Shown: positions 36,501 through 49,022 of the stretch, one piece after another
Layout of the letters: every line of letters starts with the position of its first letter
Numbering within the stretch: position 1 is the first letter of the stretch
Source of the DNA: Podarcis tiliguerta
Lineage: Eukaryota
Direction: 5' to 3' (one strand)
Length of the DNA stretch: 64,000 nucleotides
NCBI GenBank assembly: GCA_965153285.1
Contig: OZ229110.1
The notes under the pieces: generated by a model
Seen by the model: only the letters and a program-made list of their open reading frames with translations
Told to the model about the DNA's origin: nothing
The model's database searches: none
Made by a program: the position numbers and the translations under genes

Positions 36501-39500
36501 TTCCAAAAGAGAGAAAGGAGGAACTCTATCTCCAAGGCAAGACAATCTCTCTCTTTTAGTATCCCCTCCCCCCTCATACCCACATGCATACACAATACAC
36601 AGACATACCTACTAATCAGAGACACACTATGTGATACAGTTCAATGTAAGTGTTGCCTCCCTCACATTAAGAGATGGAAGCCATCAGCACATGAAGTAAG
36701 GCATTGGCAAAACAGACGCATGCATCTGTGCATATAGGCCTAGCATACATCTGTGGGACAAACTGGAGGTAAAGGGTGTTCTTGAAATTGTAGTGAAATG
36801 CACCAAGTCAGAGTGCAAGCTGAAAGGTGCACCATGCACAACTTACCTGGGGGAAATATTGACTTCCAGAATCCATGGCTTAAGGTTCTCATCCAGCATG
36901 ATATCAAACCCGAACAGCTCATGGCAGCAGTAAGGGCGTCTCACATACATCTTTACGAGATTGATTATGTAGGGCTCTGATCTAGAAAATGAAACATGTG
37001 CTAGGTTGTTCCTGAGCAGCAAAACTAATAATAATAATAATAAATTTTATTTATATCCCGCCCTCCCCAGCCGAAGCCAGGCTCAGGGTGGCTAACAACA
37101 ATAAAACAGTACAAAAGTACAGCACAAACAACACTCTAAAATCATTCATTATAATGATGCTTATGCATCATCTTATGCCTCTTATGCGTCACTCTAGCCA
37201 GGCATATGGTACAAGCATGCCACAAAAACAGGGCTTCAGCAATACCTTCCCCACATGGCTCAGATGAGAGCCTGATGAAGACAGCACATGACCCTTCCTT
37301 GCTTCAGGTTATTAAGATCCAAACAAGATACTTTTGGGGCCAAGGAACAATCAACAACCCTCAAGAAACAACACAGTAGGAGAATCTGATTCCAGAAGTA
37401 CAAATCAGCAAGGAAGAAGCAAAGATGCACACTTGCTCAAAACATCTGCAAACATCGGTACACATCTTTAGCTAATGGATAAGATGACCCGTCAAAAAGA
37501 GGTCCTCCTGAAAGCAAAGGGCTGGGGGGAACACAACTAGATCCTGAGACTTACGCAATGATGGTTTTGACAACAATGTCTTTTATCTTCTCCCAGATGG
37601 CTTCACTGTCAACTCCTTTCTGGGCCAAATAACTCCAAAGTGCCTTCAGTGCCCTGTGCAGACAGAACAGAGCACACAAGTGCATTAGGGTTGCCCCAGA
37701 TAGTGTTATTAACTCCTCTCCCCCCATCTCTGAAGGAAAAAGGCAACATGAACCCAGTACTGACTATGTTTTTAATGCAATTTTATACAAACCACTTATG
37801 AGACCTTTCTTTTTTTGATTAAGTGGTCTATACATTTTGTTTAATAAATGAAAATAAAGTCTCTTTCCTATGGGAACAGTAGGGCCACATATGGGCTACT
37901 CAGGGCTAGAGAGGTAAGAAAACATAAGCCAGTCAAGAACATAACACATACAAAAGGGTTCTCTTTCCTGCTCATCAATACCCACCACTTGTGACCCTGA
38001 CATGCAGTTTCATCTGTATTAGCCTTGTATTCAATATTCTTCTTGTTGATACTGTAATTAGTCAAGTGCATGTACTTGTTGTTGAGGCTCTTCACAGAGG
38101 GGGAATATCTGAGGTGAAGGAAGAACAAAAGTTTACACTAAGTAAGCAGACATCACTCATCAAAATGAAATGGCAAGAAGAGGGAGGAATGCTAGCAGTG
38201 TGGGAGCTAAAAGACAGAGGCACACACACCAATCTTTAAGTATCTCCTCTAAGCTCCAGCCTAGTGTGTGTGAGAGAGAATGTGAATGAATGTGTGTGCT
38301 CCACAGAGATATGACTGGTTTAACAATTCAAACTGTTAATCATCAAGAGTTGCTCTGACTTGAGTTATTCACCAACTTTGTCAGTTAACTAAACATCCAG
38401 ATGCTTAGGAATTTGAAGTAATTATAATCTGTCTTATTATTTCGACTTTTGTATGTTTTAAAGTGCAGCTGTAATTTTTTAATTGATTTTGTTTTATCTT
38501 TTTGTAAACCACTTTGAGGGGTTTTTTTAAACAATCAAGCAGTGTATAAGTTTTATGAAATGAATAAAATAAAACAAATCATTTAATAATTTGCTATTTT
38601 AAAAGCACACAGACTCAGCTACACAGTGCAAGCAAATAATTGGTTCTCAATAGTCACTGCTTAAACCAAAAGGATGTGCACAGGCTGTAATACAAATGAC
38701 ACCTGCAACCAATAGTTAGTCTACTGTTTTCAGAAAACATATTAAATCTGCTATTCCTGAATCTCAGCTGGTCTACTGACAAGCAGTCAACCCAACCCTC
38801 TTTCTGAGGTTACCAATTCATAGGAAACCTACTTGCAGCTGGCAAAACGAACAAGTCCATCTTTGAACAAGTAAACCCGAAGTGGATCATAGCATGTGAC
38901 GTAAACATAAATCCTCAAGTCGAACTTGCTTCCACCAATGAGGTAGGGTTTATGTAAGTACCTGCAACAGAAAGGTAGGTGAGCATACAGGAACCACATC
39001 ACAGAGTAGCCCAGAGATTTAGTCTCAAGAAGTTCAGGATATTATCACCAGTGGAGAGGCTTGATGGAGATGGTTTCTGTCCCTAAGGGGTTTGAGAGAC
39101 TGCTGATGAAATGCCAGCTTTCTCAACAAATGCTACTCCTTGCCACAGCAAAAGGTCTCCTTTAGCCATATTTCTGAACCCATGTCAATATCATAGCAAT
39201 TCCACAATTGCTCCACTCTTTAGCTGGAAGCAGAAGCAAAAGAAACAAACCCCACAGAACAATGTAAAGTTTTACAACGGCAGAAAGTATAATCAGAAAC
39301 AAGCTGGTTCTTTGATACCTTAAGATATTAAAGCCAATCTTTTGTTAGCAGGGTGGAGAAAGACTGGCAGGGCGGGGGGACTTGCTTACCTTTGCACCAG
39401 CAGTGGCCTGCGCTTGGGCAGCTGGCTCCACTTATGGATGACCTGAATGCCGATGCCTCTAGCTGATGCTGGCTAAAGTGAGTGAAAGACAGAGAGCGAT

Positions 39501-42500
39501 GTTCACATTGCATCCATTTGCTGCTATCCTACAATTCAAAGCTGGAACATCCGATTATAGTCTGGGAAGGTGGGGTACATGAAAGGAATTTGTTTTAATA
39601 CTATCGGTCTTAAGACAAGCCTCCAAAGAAGCAGCATCACAAAAATCTCAATGTAATTTTAAAGTTCAGCAGTATGTTAAAATCTATTACCGTGGCAGCT
39701 TTTTCAAAGACTGAGCATGTCAGCAAAGGCTTTTTAAGTCAATAAAGGCTTTGTACGTTCACAAGTTGGTGTATAGCAGCTTTGAGTTCCTTGCTGTCAC
39801 TGACTGATAAGCTAATTCCCTAGAGGTTTCAAAAACGCGCCTGGCTGTAGTCATGCAGTACAATACAGACTGTGGCTCCTGTCGAGTCTGAGAATATCTA
39901 GGGTTTTGAAAATACTTTAGTCCTCATGAAAAGGGGGGGGGGGGCTTTCTCTCTCTTTAGGAAATGTTTGAGGCTCCTAGGAACAGAAGGAGGCACCCCC
40001 TGCATGTCTCCCAGACTTCTCTCCTCATTTACATGTTTAAGTGTGACTCTTTTCACCTAAAACATTCAATGCACAAACACCTCAGATTCAATGACATGGG
40101 GAAATGCAAATGTGAAGCACTTTTATTCACAACCTTTACGAGCTTGCAAAGAATAAAAACCCAGAATATTTTAAAACAATACACCAGGGAGGACTACACC
40201 TGTCTTTCCCAATATCAAGGAAATGAATGAAGAAGATGACAGGTGGGTTTTCAAACTGGTGCAGGTCCTACTTGCAGCAAGAGGGAGACCGACAGCTAAA
40301 GAGACTATTGGGCTAAAGCTATGATATAGTCAAGAGGGAACCAGAATACACAAGTAGAAACTGTCCATCTATAAGAAGAGAATATGCATTGTTGCTATAG
40401 TGGAAGGTTTGTGTGGGGGGTGTAGTTTACATTACCATTAATTATTGTTAACTGCACTTCAGTACCATCTAATTACTTAATTTCTCTGAGTGGTTTACAG
40501 AGATTAAAACCATGAAACGGAATACCTAAAATCTGAAGCAGAATAAAAACCACACAATACAAAAACAGAACAGAGCTCATCCCAAAGGCAGTCCGTCCCG
40601 ACACAAGTGCTAAAGCCTAATGAAATGCATCAAGAAAAATCAGATTCATCCAAGAAAACCTGAAACTGGCAAGGCAAGGGAAAGCATGGCTATGCCATGG
40701 CAGAAGGCACACAAAGGACACACCCCTATCTCTATACAGGTCAAACCTTCCTCACCGGCTTCACAATCCATTTCTGTCGGCTCCCACAATCTTCCCAAGC
40801 TTTTCTGAGCAGCTTGATATCCTGAGGAAGGATGAAGGACTGGGGCAGAAAGTTGAACTCCTTCTTCCCAAAGCGCAACTGCATTTTGGACACATTTCTC
40901 CACAGACGGTCCTTCCGACCAATTTGGAATGAACCAGGAAAATGATTCAACTGCAGGAGGGAAAGTAAGAGACAAGAAAGGAGTAATGAGGTTTCCTGCT
41001 GTATCCTAGCTGGTAAAAATGCAAGATAAAGGTTCAACAGGGGGGTAACTTCTCCTCCAAATGCATGGATAGCTGCAGGAACCTAGATTGTCCATACAAC
41101 CCCCCCACCCCAAAAGCCCCTGGGCTGGTACTCCCAACAGGTAGTTCCCATGAAGGAAGCATACCTGCATTGAAGTTTCTACCATATAGTGTCTTGCAAA
41201 CCTAGGCTGCCTCCTTCAGAGGCACAGCCACCAAGAGAACATGAAGGGACTAAGGGAAAGAGAACATTGCAGCAGAAAACAGGAAAGTATCAGCTACATG
41301 CAGCGTTCAGATGGAGAAAATGGCAGAAAAGGCCAGAGTGAAATGCATCTCATGCCCTTTCCCCACACTGTATTATATTCTTTAATATGTCCTTTTGTAG
41401 TTATGACCATATCTCATACCTTTTGGTGTTCTCTGATAACTCTGAACCCCGGAGATTTCATGTGATGGCCCCAGCAGCCCAGCCAGTCATTGTTTCCTGT
41501 GGGCAATAGGGCAGTTCACAGACTATTATCTGAACGTCACATTGATACATATAGATATATTCTGTTTATGCTCAAGAACTGCAACAGTCTCAGGCATATA
41601 AGAATTTCAGTTTGGAAAATATGAATTGGAAATAATTTTCCTGCCTTATCCATGTTTCCCCTTCCACATGAACCAAGAGTGGCCTCATACGAGCAGCCAC
41701 AATAAACCCTATTGAGAACTGTACACAACTCTAAAAAGATTGTAGCATCAGCATCACAGGGTATACTGCGACATCAAAGCCTATTCAATTACAGGTGAGC
41801 AGGCAGGAGATGTCAAATTAAAGCCCCCACGATCCCTATCTATCTAAGTCTTCTCTTATTGGAAGGGTAGGGGGTGAAGGCTTGCTGCATTTATCAAACA
41901 GCCTACTGGAAAGAGCAGCTACAGCTCTGCATTACCAGACACAGATCATCAGATGTATAAGCAAACTCTACGAGAATTGCTAGGACATGGAGTTTTATTC
42001 CATGTCTTGAACATTCTTCCTCAGTTTGTAAGTACAGACCATGCTGCAGCTCTTGCTGTTCTGCAGTAAACATTAGCACTTTGTGGTCAGTATCCATCTT
42101 GACAAGAGCTGCCCAAGGGCATACACATAGGCAGAAGTGCCATGAAGCTTGCCCAAGACTTAAGAGGGAAGCAGCGGAAGAGCCACAATTAGATCTGCAA
42201 TTTCATAATTTGCAGCATCTTTCAGAGTCCTCCATGCAAGGGAGGTGCATTAGAGTAATCAATTCTATGGGAGCTTTTTTTGCTCTGCTACTGAAGATCT
42301 GCGTCTGAAAGTGGGACAGTTCATTTCCAAACATTAGCACTATTCCAAGATAAAGCTGTGAGTCTGGGTGTATTTAAGGCAGGAGGCAACATGCACCCAC
42401 AGACCATTCCCACAATACAACTCACTCTTGCTGATTTTGAAGTGGGACCTGGAGATCGTTGCCTTTACAATGTTGGGAGTCACTGTGCTCATCTTCCATC

Positions 42501-45500
42501 GTAGCATCTTCCTCTGTTCCCAAGGGAGTTTCTCCACTAGGAGAGAAAGAAATTCTGAGGTTAGAAGGGAAACCCAACCACAGGAGCATCTCCTTTGGCT
42601 GAGGACATCAATTTGTCATGAAGTGCTGGAAGGGTAAGATTTTTATTCAATGAATATCAACAGAATCAGATCACCAAGTGAAAGAAAACCCTTGGCAAAA
42701 GCTCTGTCACTTGTCCATAGAACAGTGTTCTCAATCTGAGAAGCACAACACACCTGAAGGAATGTGCAAAGTTTCTGGCAGGAACAGGATTTTGAGGCAG
42801 GTGGGACTTCCTTCCTCTCATCAGTGAATAAATGGATAGGCTGAATGCCTTCTAACAGAGGATCCTAATTTATTTTGGGGACGGGGTGCAGCTGTTCCCC
42901 TACTTGCCGTATCATGCCAGTCTGATCTGGGAAGAGCTGCTGCCTTGATCTCCATGCTATGGAATGGGACAGGTGGCTAGTTCTGAACTGGGGAGGGGGA
43001 AGGCAGAAGTTTAAAAGGCAGATAGCGAAACTAAGCTCAAGAAGTTTGAGAAATTATGCTATATATAGCAAGCAGCATGCTGAGTCGGTCTATGTGCACA
43101 TCCCAACAGGTTAAGACCAGCATTAATTCTTCAAAGACCAAAGGTTGTTGTGGTGCTGTGATAATGCCTGCTCTCCACTATGGAAGCACCCAGGCCAGAC
43201 AAAATACGACAAATGGGACTCTGGATGTCCACTCACCCCATCATAGGGCAGGGCAGGAAAGATACATGCTCCACCTATGGTGGGATTAAGATTGAGGGTC
43301 AAAGTGAATGCCCATCAAATATTACTGTACCTTCCAGCATCTCAGCTGCTGTTTCAGCCATTTCAGTTCTGAACCTCTTTGCTGGTGATCTCAAAATCCT
43401 ACAGCTCCACAGATATAAATCTAGATTTAAGGTTTTCTCTTCACATCACCTGGAGACCTTAGTAACTCCATTGGAAAGGTGTCATTACACCACACACTTA
43501 AATGGCATGACTACATACATCCCACCATCACCTCCCCACCCTAGAATCCACTCCACCACTATAGTACACTAGGGTTTTCTGGCATTGCCTGTTTCGTGCA
43601 ATGAATTTGGATCCACCTTACCTCTCTCATCCCGGGTACCAAAATATATTGTGGGAGGCACATTGGGGAACAGGCTGCATGTAAGAGCTGGCTTGAGAAT
43701 TCGTTCTTGGCCCTCTAGTGTAGGCACCAATCCCTCCACGCAATTCCTAGGAAAAGAATACCAGGCACAGTTGGAGAAGTGAGCAGCACAACACTTTCTC
43801 TGGGACATCAGTTTCCATCATATGCCATTCAGTTTAATTCCTGAGGCTTTTGACCAACACATTGACTGAGAAAGTGAGGTTTGCTTCGGCTGAGAAACAC
43901 CAACCCAGAATGAAAACTAAGCTGCCTTTCAGCCCGACTGCTTAGCATCTCTGTTTCTCTTTGCAGATGGGCACAACCAGCAAGTGCAAGCCAAGTGATT
44001 TCACCAAGGCAAACAGATCAGGGTCTCCAGGTGGCCATCCCATGGGATTATCCAAGAACAAAAGGATCCAATGCATTACAGACAGAACATTCCTAAAACG
44101 AACCTGGATATAATAGCTACAGAACCATTGGGGGATAATCCGGATGAAGAGGAGCCATCTGATTCACCTAAAGAAAAAAGGCAAAAATAGTTTAATGAGT
44201 GAAAAATCTTGGCTACACTCCATGAACATCCTGAAGAAATTCAACCTCTTTTAGACATTCTCTCAGATAGCTGAACTTAATCCACAAGCAACTGTTACGT
44301 GACTGGAAGAATGTTTAAATAACAAACCACCTCTCTTGCCCCTACTCATGAGAGGTGTTTGCATAATTTCAGAGTTTTCCCAGCAGCAAAGGAGCCACTT
44401 ACTGATAAGTGTGCAGCTACATTTAAAGGGCACCATAGTTTCTGCACAATGACCTCAAATCAGATTCCGGATCTTGACAATGAGAGGATATCCATTATTT
44501 GCCTGCTCTTCCACACAGCCATCAATTTCCTTACTTGTACACCGTAATAAAGGACCCCATGGTAAGGTTAGAAGAGGATAGAATATCATTCCCTATGTCA
44601 CTCCCTGTAAGTTAAAGTTTGCCTTCTATTTACAAAAGGATATAATCAGAGTGTTGAACCACAGTGCAATATACAAAAACAATAAAATGGTTGAACTAAA
44701 ACACAGCTGAAAATGTCAGGCTGCTACATCACAATGTTAGCAAGAACTACAGTAATCACCCTAAGTGCAGCTTTCTTCCAAACTCTCATGCAAGAAGATT
44801 AGGGGTGGGGGACAGAATGGGTCAATACTCAGGGTGAGTTGCATTGTCCCAAACCGTAGCAAGACAGCAACAATTATAATAAATCCACACACAAGCATTT
44901 ACTGGGTTTGATCAGAACATTCCTAGCAGGAATATTGAAGATGAAGTCCTGTAGTTAAGATCTGCTAGCTGAGGGGCAATGGGATTTGACAAAAGCTGTA
45001 TCATACCTGCAGAATTCAAGATATGCCACCACCATGACAGATTTGTTGGTGGAACAGCTCAACTGGGGCACAGCTGTAAGCATCACACATATCGGTAGGT
45101 TGGGCTCTCCCTTCTCAGACTGAGTAGTAGTAGTAGTAGTAACAACAACTTATTATTTTATTTATACCCCACCCTTCTGGCTGGGTTGCATAGGATACAG
45201 AAGCCCTTCCAGCAGCAGTGAATTAGTGCCTCAGTACTGAATGCTATTACTGCTGTTTATGATCTAGAAATATTGTCAGGCCTTGTACATTCAATGGTAA
45301 AATTATCTCACTCTGAACTGTCTCAAGACAGTAGATTTAAAAAGTTTGTCTCTGGGTAACCAGAAAATAATTAACTGAATGCTTAATAGAATACACCAGT
45401 AAAATGTAAATGGAGATCACACTATTGCTCTGCCTACAATAGCAGTTAACTACATATCACTCAAAACAAGTTTTACAAGTGTAGAAAGTGCATAGGCTGA

Positions 45501-48500
45501 AGGTGCCCACAAGGCAAATTATAGTATTCAAGCTAGCAATTTTATTTGTTGAAATACAGTTCTTTCTCTCTTGATATTATAGAGTGATCTGCAATATATC
45601 CATGCCCTAATAGTAAGCATGGACAACTATAGCAGGAATCGTTTTAGCTTTTTACTAGATTCAAGATGTTTTGAAATGACAGTAATTAGTATATTTGTAT
45701 TAAGAGAATAATCAGTGTATGAAAACCCTTCTCTGTTTTATGTGTGGTGAGTAGGCTTGTTTGTGCTTTGAAGAGAGGAAATAAATGTGACTGCTGACCT
45801 TCCCCATCCTCCTCTTCTCCCTCCTCATCCTGACTGCAGGCATCTTCCAAGCCGTCCGGGAGCTCTTCCTCTACATCTTCCACCTCCGCTTGGTCCAGCA
45901 GGGGGAGGTTGACTGCAGCTCTACAACACAAAGCCCTAGGATTACAGCCCTAAAGTGAAGCTCTGTAACTCCTCTCAGTTAGCAAAGCAAAAAGATCTCT
46001 ACACCCAACAACAGACCAAGAGATCACAGACAAGGCAAGATATCCCAAATAACTATTATAAACATGAACCCATGTTAGTGATAGAAGTGGTGTGGAGAGA
46101 AAGGGAGGAATAGTTCAAGTGGCAAATTTTGGACTTGACTTGTGGCACACTTGTCAAAACAATGGGCTACCAGTGGTAAAGCAGAATGGTCATCTGATCT
46201 GAGAGACGTTTTGGAGTCAGTGAAGGCTGCAAAACCATCCAAGGCGTATCAAACACCGATTGATGACCAAGCTTAAATTTGCTTACATCACAGGAACACT
46301 TTGCTACTAAGTTCTTTAGCGTATTTTACTATATCAAACACAGTCCTTATCATAAGAAAAGGGTGATTAACCTCCAGATGCTGTTGGACTCCCACACCCA
46401 TCAGCCCCAGCCAGCTAGGCCTGAGCGACATATCAATAAATCACCCAGGGCCAGTATGAGGAGCAGACCACAAAGTCAGCTTAACTCAGCGGTATATCGC
46501 TGGTGAAACTGCCATCGCTCCTGAGTCCCTCTGCTAGTAACGCTCGCTGGAGGAAGTCAAGACTCTTGACTCCTTCCAGTAGGCACTGCCAGCAGAGGGA
46601 CTCAGGAAGAGCAGTGGTTTCACCAGTGATATACCGCTGAGTGAAACCGCCATCCCACTATGCCCTCATATTGTGCAGAGGGAGAAACAAGTTTCATTGG
46701 CAAGGCGTCAATACAACTTTTTCCTCCCTCTGCATCTTTGAACTGCTCGGCTGAGGCATGTGTGGTTGCTGCTCTGCTCAGCCAAGCAGTTAAAGGATCC
46801 CCCAGCCCAGTGCTGTCTCCCACACAAGTGGGGGCGGGCACTGTTGGATTGGGAGCCTTCCCGCACCCCAGATGAGCCATGCAAACAAGCTGTGTTGTCC
46901 TAGCCCGCTAGGCACTAGGGTGAAACTGCCTCAGTTCCCACAGTGAGAGATGTAGCAGTTTCACCTGGTGCCTCACTGGCCGAGGCCAATGCAGCTTGTT
47001 TTTTCAACAATGTGGTATAGCACCAGACCGTGATGTTTGGCTGATGATATACCGCACTGTTGAAAAGCTGATATCGCCCAGCCCGACAGACATCATGGCC
47101 AATGATTCAGGGATTATGGGAAGTGTAATCCAGCAACGCTTGGAGGGCTACAGGTTGGCAATTATTGCCACAAAGAGTACTGAAAGGGAAACACTAACCC
47201 ACCCCAACAGACCTATTTGCCAGAATACTTACTCGGTCTCTTTCACAGTAACAGGGTTCCCCCATTTTGTATCCGTGCCTAACTGAAGAGAGGAAATTTT
47301 GGTCTCTACCTCAGAGACTGTAGTTCGTGGGGACAGCTCTGTTTTTACCACTTGTTCTCCAGCGTTTACAGAGGTGTGGTTGACAGTCTGACTCAAGGCG
47401 CAGTGGTTGGAAGGTTCAGGAGTTGAGGCTAAGAAACGAACATCGATGCGTTTAGTGCAGACATCGGCAGCTTCTGTGACCATAAGGCTCTGGTGGCGGC
47501 TACCAGGCTCCAGATTTGGGGAGGTGGCAGCTGGTACGTCCTTTGGGGTGATCTGTGCTACTATGTGTGGCTTCCATCGATTGAAAAGACTAGAGTGGAA
47601 GTTTGAATTCATAAGGCAAGAGCTGTCAATGCGGTGCCCAAATTCGTTGTAGGTGCTAACCTTCCGGATCCCATTTGCAGTCAGCTTCCGCATAGCTTCC
47701 GTCAACCGCACATCTTGCTCTTTCAGGTTCTGAGACCTGTTCTCACCATCTTCGAGTCGCCAGGAGGGCCGTTCCACTTTGAGAACCACGCCATTGTGAA
47801 TGGCCGAGCGAGGAGATTTGGCACTGGGTTGCTCAAGAGTTATGCCACTGTTTTTCCCAAGCTTTCTTTCAAGGTTCGCAGGAGCGCCATCTCCATTTCC
47901 ACCAGAGTGGGTCCAAGAGAAGCCAATAGGTCTTGACAAGCCTTTTAGCTTCTTATTTTCTGGTGGCAGCGGCTGGTGGTACTGCTGCTGCAAAGGCACT
48001 TTTGCACTAGTTGGCCGAAGGAAAGAGTTATTGTTTAGCACTGGCCTGTATGAATTGGAGTTTTGCTTCCCTGAGCTTAGGGGGAACCCCTTTGACACTG
48101 GATTGGAACAGTCAGCAGCAGTATTCGGCATAAAGAATGGGTCTATGGCTGAGGATGTCATGGTGTTGTTGAGAACGGAGCGATAGGCAGGGAGTGGAGC
48201 ACAAAGAGGTTTCTTCTCCAAAGAAGTTGGCTGCAAACAGATGGACTCAAGCCTCCGATAAGGCTTGTGTCTGAAGTAAGAACGTCGGTAGAGCAAGGTG
48301 CTTCCGAGGAAGTTTGGGAGAGCGTGGGGCAAAGGTGGAGGTGAAGTCAGGAACGCTGTATCACTACATAATGACTCTGGGTACAAGAGGCGGGGACGCT
48401 GGGAAGAAATCCCTGAGTGGACCGATTGGAGGTCCTGAAAATTGGTCACATGTTTCTGTTCCAGCTGCCAAATGGGCTTCACCTGCTGCTTAGCAAGGTA

Positions 48501-48626
48501 CCAGGCCTTACTCTCGTGAAGCTTTGCTCTGAGTGGCGGCACCGTCAGCCCTGGTGCAATGCCCACCTGGAACTGGTTTCCCCTCTTGAGGCCAAGGCTA
48601 TAGGCTTCTGGCCCTACAGAGGCCAT
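30911..48626 (-). CDS. TTLL4: Tubulin monoglutamylase TTLL4, complete CDS of 3438 nt (about 1145 aa). Exons: 47233-48626(ATG), 45799-45920, 44104-44167, 43622-43746, 42426-42536, 41420-41496, 40756-40950, 39390-39472, 38833-38961, 37986-38108, 37555-37653, 36847-36981, 36274-36411, 35456-35558, 34051-34261, 33354-33424, 33050-33132, 30911-31085(TGA)
   Basis: All exons are AG/GT bounded, phases are consistent and lengths sum to a multiple of 3. The N-terminus [14 protein letters not shown]...[10 protein letters not shown]...[13 protein letters not shown] matches TTLL4. TTL domain motifs: [88 protein letters not shown]. Confidence 0.95.
31467..31598. mobile_element. hAT-type MITE (about 130 bp) with 8-bp TSD
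   Basis: Palindromic body CCCTCCAGATGTT...AACTTCTGGAAGG; TSD CCCTAAAA/CCCTAAAT. Family members at about 4152-4279, 7029-7168, 10279-10399, 14490-14625, 14768-15020, 16040-16160, 46370-47160 (split), 60270-60360 and 63573-63695. Confidence 0.75.
31631..31991 (+). mobile_element. Sauria SINE (Squam1/POM type), full length, with target-site duplication
   Basis: GGTGGCGCTGTGGGTTAAACC A-box, GGTTCGAATCC B-box, characteristic CCAACCTAGCAGTTCGAAAGCAC...AGATAAATAGGTACC body and (CCTTTA)n tail. TSD GTTATC(C/T)GAAG at 31620-31630 and 31992-32002. Confidence 0.92.
33559..33594. repeat. (CA)n microsatellite, about 18 units
   Basis: Read directly from the sequence. Confidence 0.95.
34640..34852 (-). mobile_element. 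Tc1/mariner MITE, same family, opposite orientation
   Basis: TA|CAGTGGTACCTCGGGTTAAG...CAGGTACCACTA|TA. Confidence 0.85.
46416..47086. mobile_element. Non-autonomous hAT element (671 bp) with internal palindromes, inserted into a MITE
   Basis: Imperfect TIRs TAGGCCTGAGCGACATATC / GATATCGCCCAGCCCGA; degenerate 8-bp TSD CAGCCAGC (46408-46415) / CAGACATC (47087-47094). The host MITE resumes on both sides. Confidence 0.75.
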
Positions 48627-48700
48627 GTAGAGCCATCCCACACTCTCAGTGAGTACAGCTGGTGAACCGGAGTCAGAGCGGCATCTTCACCATGACCAGC
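47233..48700 (-). CDS. TTLL4: TTLL4 large first coding exon (5'UTR 48627-48700 plus 464 codons of the N-terminal region)
   Basis: 470-aa ORF 47229-48641; acceptor tttctttcag at 48701; donor GA|gtaagt at 47232. Confidence 0.93.
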
Positions 48701-48851
48701 CTGAAAGAAACACACATGTGAACTTTACGAGGCCCAAAGGAAGCACTCCAGTCAATCTCTGTTGTCGTTGGTAAGATGACTAATGAAAGACAGTGCCATC
48801 AAGGCTGAGAAAAAGACCAGATTACAGCATACAAAGGACCTGTATTATTAT

Positions 48852-48977
48852 TTTTCAGAAGACATCTGAAGGCAGCCCTGTATAGGGAAATTTTTAATGT
48901 TTAATGTTTTACTTTATGTGTGTGTTGCTGGAAGCCACCCAGAGTGGCTGGGGCAACCCAGTCAGATGGGTGGCATA

Positions 48978-49020
<43 letters not shown>
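48852..49020 (+). mobile_element. Short 3' fragment of the same L2 family with a long (ATT)n tail
   Basis: AGAAGACATCTGAAGGCAGCCCTG...GAAGCCACCCAGAGTGGCTGGGGCAACCCAG followed by about 14 ATT units. Confidence 0.85.
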
Positions 49021-49022
<2 letters not shown>

